Positions 61,481 to 64,000 of a stretch of 64,000 nt of DNA are shown here, in pieces (the first letter of the stretch is position 1; every line of letters begins with the position of its first letter). The notes below the pieces were generated by a model, which was not told the origin of the DNA, did no database searches, and saw nothing but the letters and a program-made list of their open reading frames with translations. The DNA comes from Marsupella aquatica (Eukaryota; Plantae; Marchantiophyta): NCBI GenBank assembly GCA_973895155.1, contig OZ316898.1, forward strand, positions 18,673,292-18,737,291, written 5' to 3'. The position numbers and the translations under genes were made by a program.

Positions 61481-61619
61481 ATGCAGGTCTGGGTGCAGGG
61501 TTACTAGGCTATAACCTTGCGTCCGGAATATGAAAAGAAGTTGACCGGCGGCAGCCAGAAAGCTTCTTTGAATATTCCGGGAGCAGGTTACAGTCTATAA
61601 CCCCAGCCCAGACCTGCAC
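61481..61619. mobile_element. 139-bp fold-back MITE flanked by TA
   Basis: It has ~60-bp imperfect inverted arms (TGCAGGTCTGGG...GGTTA..TAACC..CCGGAATAT..AAAGAAG), with TA at 61479-61480 and 61620-61621. Confidence 0.65.
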
Positions 61620-62260
61620 TAGCGTACGTAACTCCTGCCCGGAACAAAGTTACAGGCTAGACTTTTCAGGACAGCAGATTATGACTATAGCAGGCCCCCG
61701 CAGAAATGGTTACACACCGCTAACCTCTTCTCCTGACAGGAATTACCAATTCTACTCTATTAAGCATGACAAATTGCAATGAGAAAAATCACGAAGGGAA
61801 GTGCAAAATACTCTATACAGCACCTAAAATCACGGAGAGAGAAATCAAGAATGGCATTAAAAATCTTGGAAACTAGAGTGTCTCATGAGCAGAAGACGTA
61901 ACTGTTTCAATATAGATCTTCTTTCAAGGGAAAAAATACACAAGGTGTGCCACCCCTGGCACTGCTGTCTTGACTAAAGATGTACAACTATTCCTATCAG
62001 ACCTTCCACATGTTTCTAAACGTAGTCAATCAGGGTGCTGCTATTTTACAATTTGTGTTCCCCATGCCTCTCTTGGCTGAAGCTGGACTGTATACACACT
62101 TGTAGGTGGATTTTTTTATCTCGAGGACAAACTATGATTGAGTTGGGTGTCAAGCTGAATCACTCAGCTCTTTTGAAGTTAAAGATGACTTCCTTTGTAA
62201 TCTGGTATGTACACAAATCCGTGGAGCAAAATTGTGGGAGAAGAGGCTTCCACGATAGGA

Positions 62261-63481
62261 TCAGGATCTAGGAGAACAGTTCTTCAAGCTGTGCTGTAGT
62301 TGTTGGAGAAGTTGAGCAGCTCTTTGCTTGGTTCTTGCGTTGATTTGGTGGTGACCCGATTCAACAAGACGAGATAATTGCATCAAAATTCCCACTTGCC
62401 CAGCTGCTTCATCGACACATCTGTTCGGGGAATGTTGGCAAATTGTCCAAAGACATGAAACTGCACTCTCTGATGCAGTAGGAATGTCATTCACGATGAT
62501 TCTGACCAGCAGTGGCACCACTAGGGCGTGAGCTGTGACTGCCTCCCTCCCCTCTGGACTTGAGCAGAGGAGCTCCATCAATTTCGTTAGTATTTGCAAC
62601 TGGCTTCTTCTCTTTGTTTCCAACAGAAGGTCCACCACTGCAAACACCACACCAATCTCCACAGCTCTCGCTATATTTTTATCCGGGCCATTCGATATGA
62701 TAGAGAGGATGGCATTCAACCCAGCGTCCACTGCTTTGAGGTAAAGATTCTCCTTGAGCAGCTGGACGAGGCCTTCGAAGATGCCGGCTATGTTTCCCAC
62801 CGAGGCCTTCACCTCTTTGTCTCCATGAGCAAGGCTGTCCAGTAACAGGGCAGCGTTCACTCTTCCATCTATGCTTCCTCTGTTGAGCAGCCAGGAGATG
62901 ACTGTGAGCTGCTTTGTTCCGATGTGAACGAGCTTTCTCATGTCTTGCAGTGGAAGGAGTATGAGGATGCCCAGTGCCTCCTCACAAGCGTGCACATCCT
63001 TGCTCAAACTGTTAGGAGAGAAGACAAAGTTTGCCAGAACTGGCATTGCACCTGCCTCCGCTAGAACTGCCCTGTTTCGAGTGCCCTGATTCAAATCCTT
63101 GGCTAGACACCTCAATTCCTTGAGAGTATTTAATGAATTTACTCCCCTTGTGGCCACTTCTCTCAGCATTTCCGTCACAGGTCGCCGCTTGGCTTCATTT
63201 GTGGAGGACACTACAGAAACTACCTCCTCTACGGCTGCTCCATAGGAATAATTATTGGATGAGCACCACTGTTGAATCAGCCTCTGCAACGTCTGGTTGG
63301 GGGCAGTGCCCATGTTGCATAACACCTGCATTGTGGATGGGCAGGTGTTGTGCCCCTCAGCGAACCATTTTTCAATGCTTCTCCTATCATAAGTCTGCCC
63401 TGTCGTCAGCGTCACTGGATCCTTCATCAATTGTAGAGAAATTGGACAAATAAAGAAATTGGGGACTGCCGCCTTCACCAT
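62261..63481 (-). CDS. U-box/ARM E3 ubiquitin ligase (CMPG1/PUB class III-like), ~406 aa, intronless CDS
   Basis: An N-terminal U-box (VPNFFICPISLQLMKDPVTLTTGQTYDRRSIEKWFAEGHNTCPSTMQVL...PNQTLQRLIQQW) is followed by ARM-like repeats. The first ATG is at 63481, and the upstream in-frame stretch follows a CTGCAG acceptor, so it is likely 5' UTR. Confidence 0.95.
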   Translation of the reverse strand: MVKAAVPNFFICPISLQLMKDPVTLTTGQTYDRRSIEKWFAEGHNTCPSTMQVLCNMGTAPNQTLQRLIQQWCSSNNYSYGAAVEEVVSVVSSTNEAKRRPVTEMLREVATRGVNSLNTLKELRCLAKDLNQGTRNRAVLAEAGAMPVLANFVFSPNSLSKDVHACEEALGILILLPLQDMRKLVHIGTKQLTVISWLLNRGSIDGRVNAALLLDSLAHGDKEVKASVGNIAGIFEGLVQLLKENLYLKAVDAGLNAILSIISNGPDKNIARAVEIGVVFAVVDLLLETKRRSQLQILTKLMELLCSSPEGREAVTAHALVVPLLVRIIVNDIPTASESAVSCLWTICQHSPNRCVDEAAGQVGILMQLSRLVESGHHQINARTKQRAAQLLQQLQHSLKNCSPRS

Positions 63482-64000
63482 CTTGAATCTTGAATCTTCT
63501 TGCCTGTTGCTGTTATGAACTTCTCCGTGGATCCACACTAGCTCCTCAACTCCAAGATTGTAACTATCTCCTGCAGTCACCTATCACTAGAGGGAGCTTC
63601 CTTTCCGCTGAATGAGGTCTGCTTTCTATGTTGAGCTCTGCATACAAAATGGTTTGTGAGCTTGATGAAGTTCAGAGGACGGCCAGTTAGCTATATACTC
63701 CAGCCAACAGAATGTGGGCCGTTATGTCTTAGCTTGCCTGAATTGTTATTGTCTTTGCTGTCTTCTCCAGGCTCCAGTTCCGAGCTCCAAGGGACACGGT
63801 GCAAGCTGTAATTATAAATGTTTATGTCCACAGATGGGGCTCCTTGGGAATTTCGGTCGGTGAACTTGTTGGCTGTCTGGTCGCTTGCGTGGATGTGTCC
63901 TTTGAGGTTGCCATTTTGCTTTGGTGCTCAATTTCGCTTGTCTAACAGTTAGTTGCTGTTGAAGTATGTCTGATGTCGATTGATCCATCTAGCTCAGTAT

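Noticed and set aside
2-63481. Biosynthetic gene cluster (MATEs plus hydrolase)
   Set aside because: The window has no scaffold-forming or tailoring enzymes (PKS, TPS, P450, transferases). Tandem duplication alone explains the MATE array.

Overview
This is eukaryotic, intron-containing land-plant DNA; a bryophyte, probably a liverwort, is my inference from gene content and style. 0-35 kb holds a tandem array of four + strand MATE/DTX transporter genes, arranged as two recent pairs (1/2 and 3/4). All four share the same intron positions and have no visible disablements; copy 1 is cut by the window edge. The two pairs are separated by about 9 kb of transposon debris: a TIR element, two converging non-autonomous Helitron-like elements, a nested solo-LTR-like insertion with AGT...ACT ends, and a tandem stack of Helitron-5'-like motifs just upstream of MATE3. 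An intronless, disabled MOR1/XMAP215 TOG2 fragment lies exactly at the MATE3/MATE4 duplication junction, and a decayed LRR receptor-kinase relic was co-duplicated with that pair. Beyond the array lie an intronless ribonuclease-inhibitor-type LRR gene with a C-terminal hydrophobic tail anchor (-), about 10 kb of repeats and gene fragments including a uroporphyrinogen decarboxylase pseudogene, an 8-exon PAF-acetylhydrolase-like lipase (-), MULE-like and hairpin MITEs, a mini-Helitron candidate, and an intronless U-box/ARM E3 ligase (-). I found no rRNA, tRNA or CRISPR features. Exon boundaries were read by eye from GT/AG sites and paralog comparison; no database searches were run.
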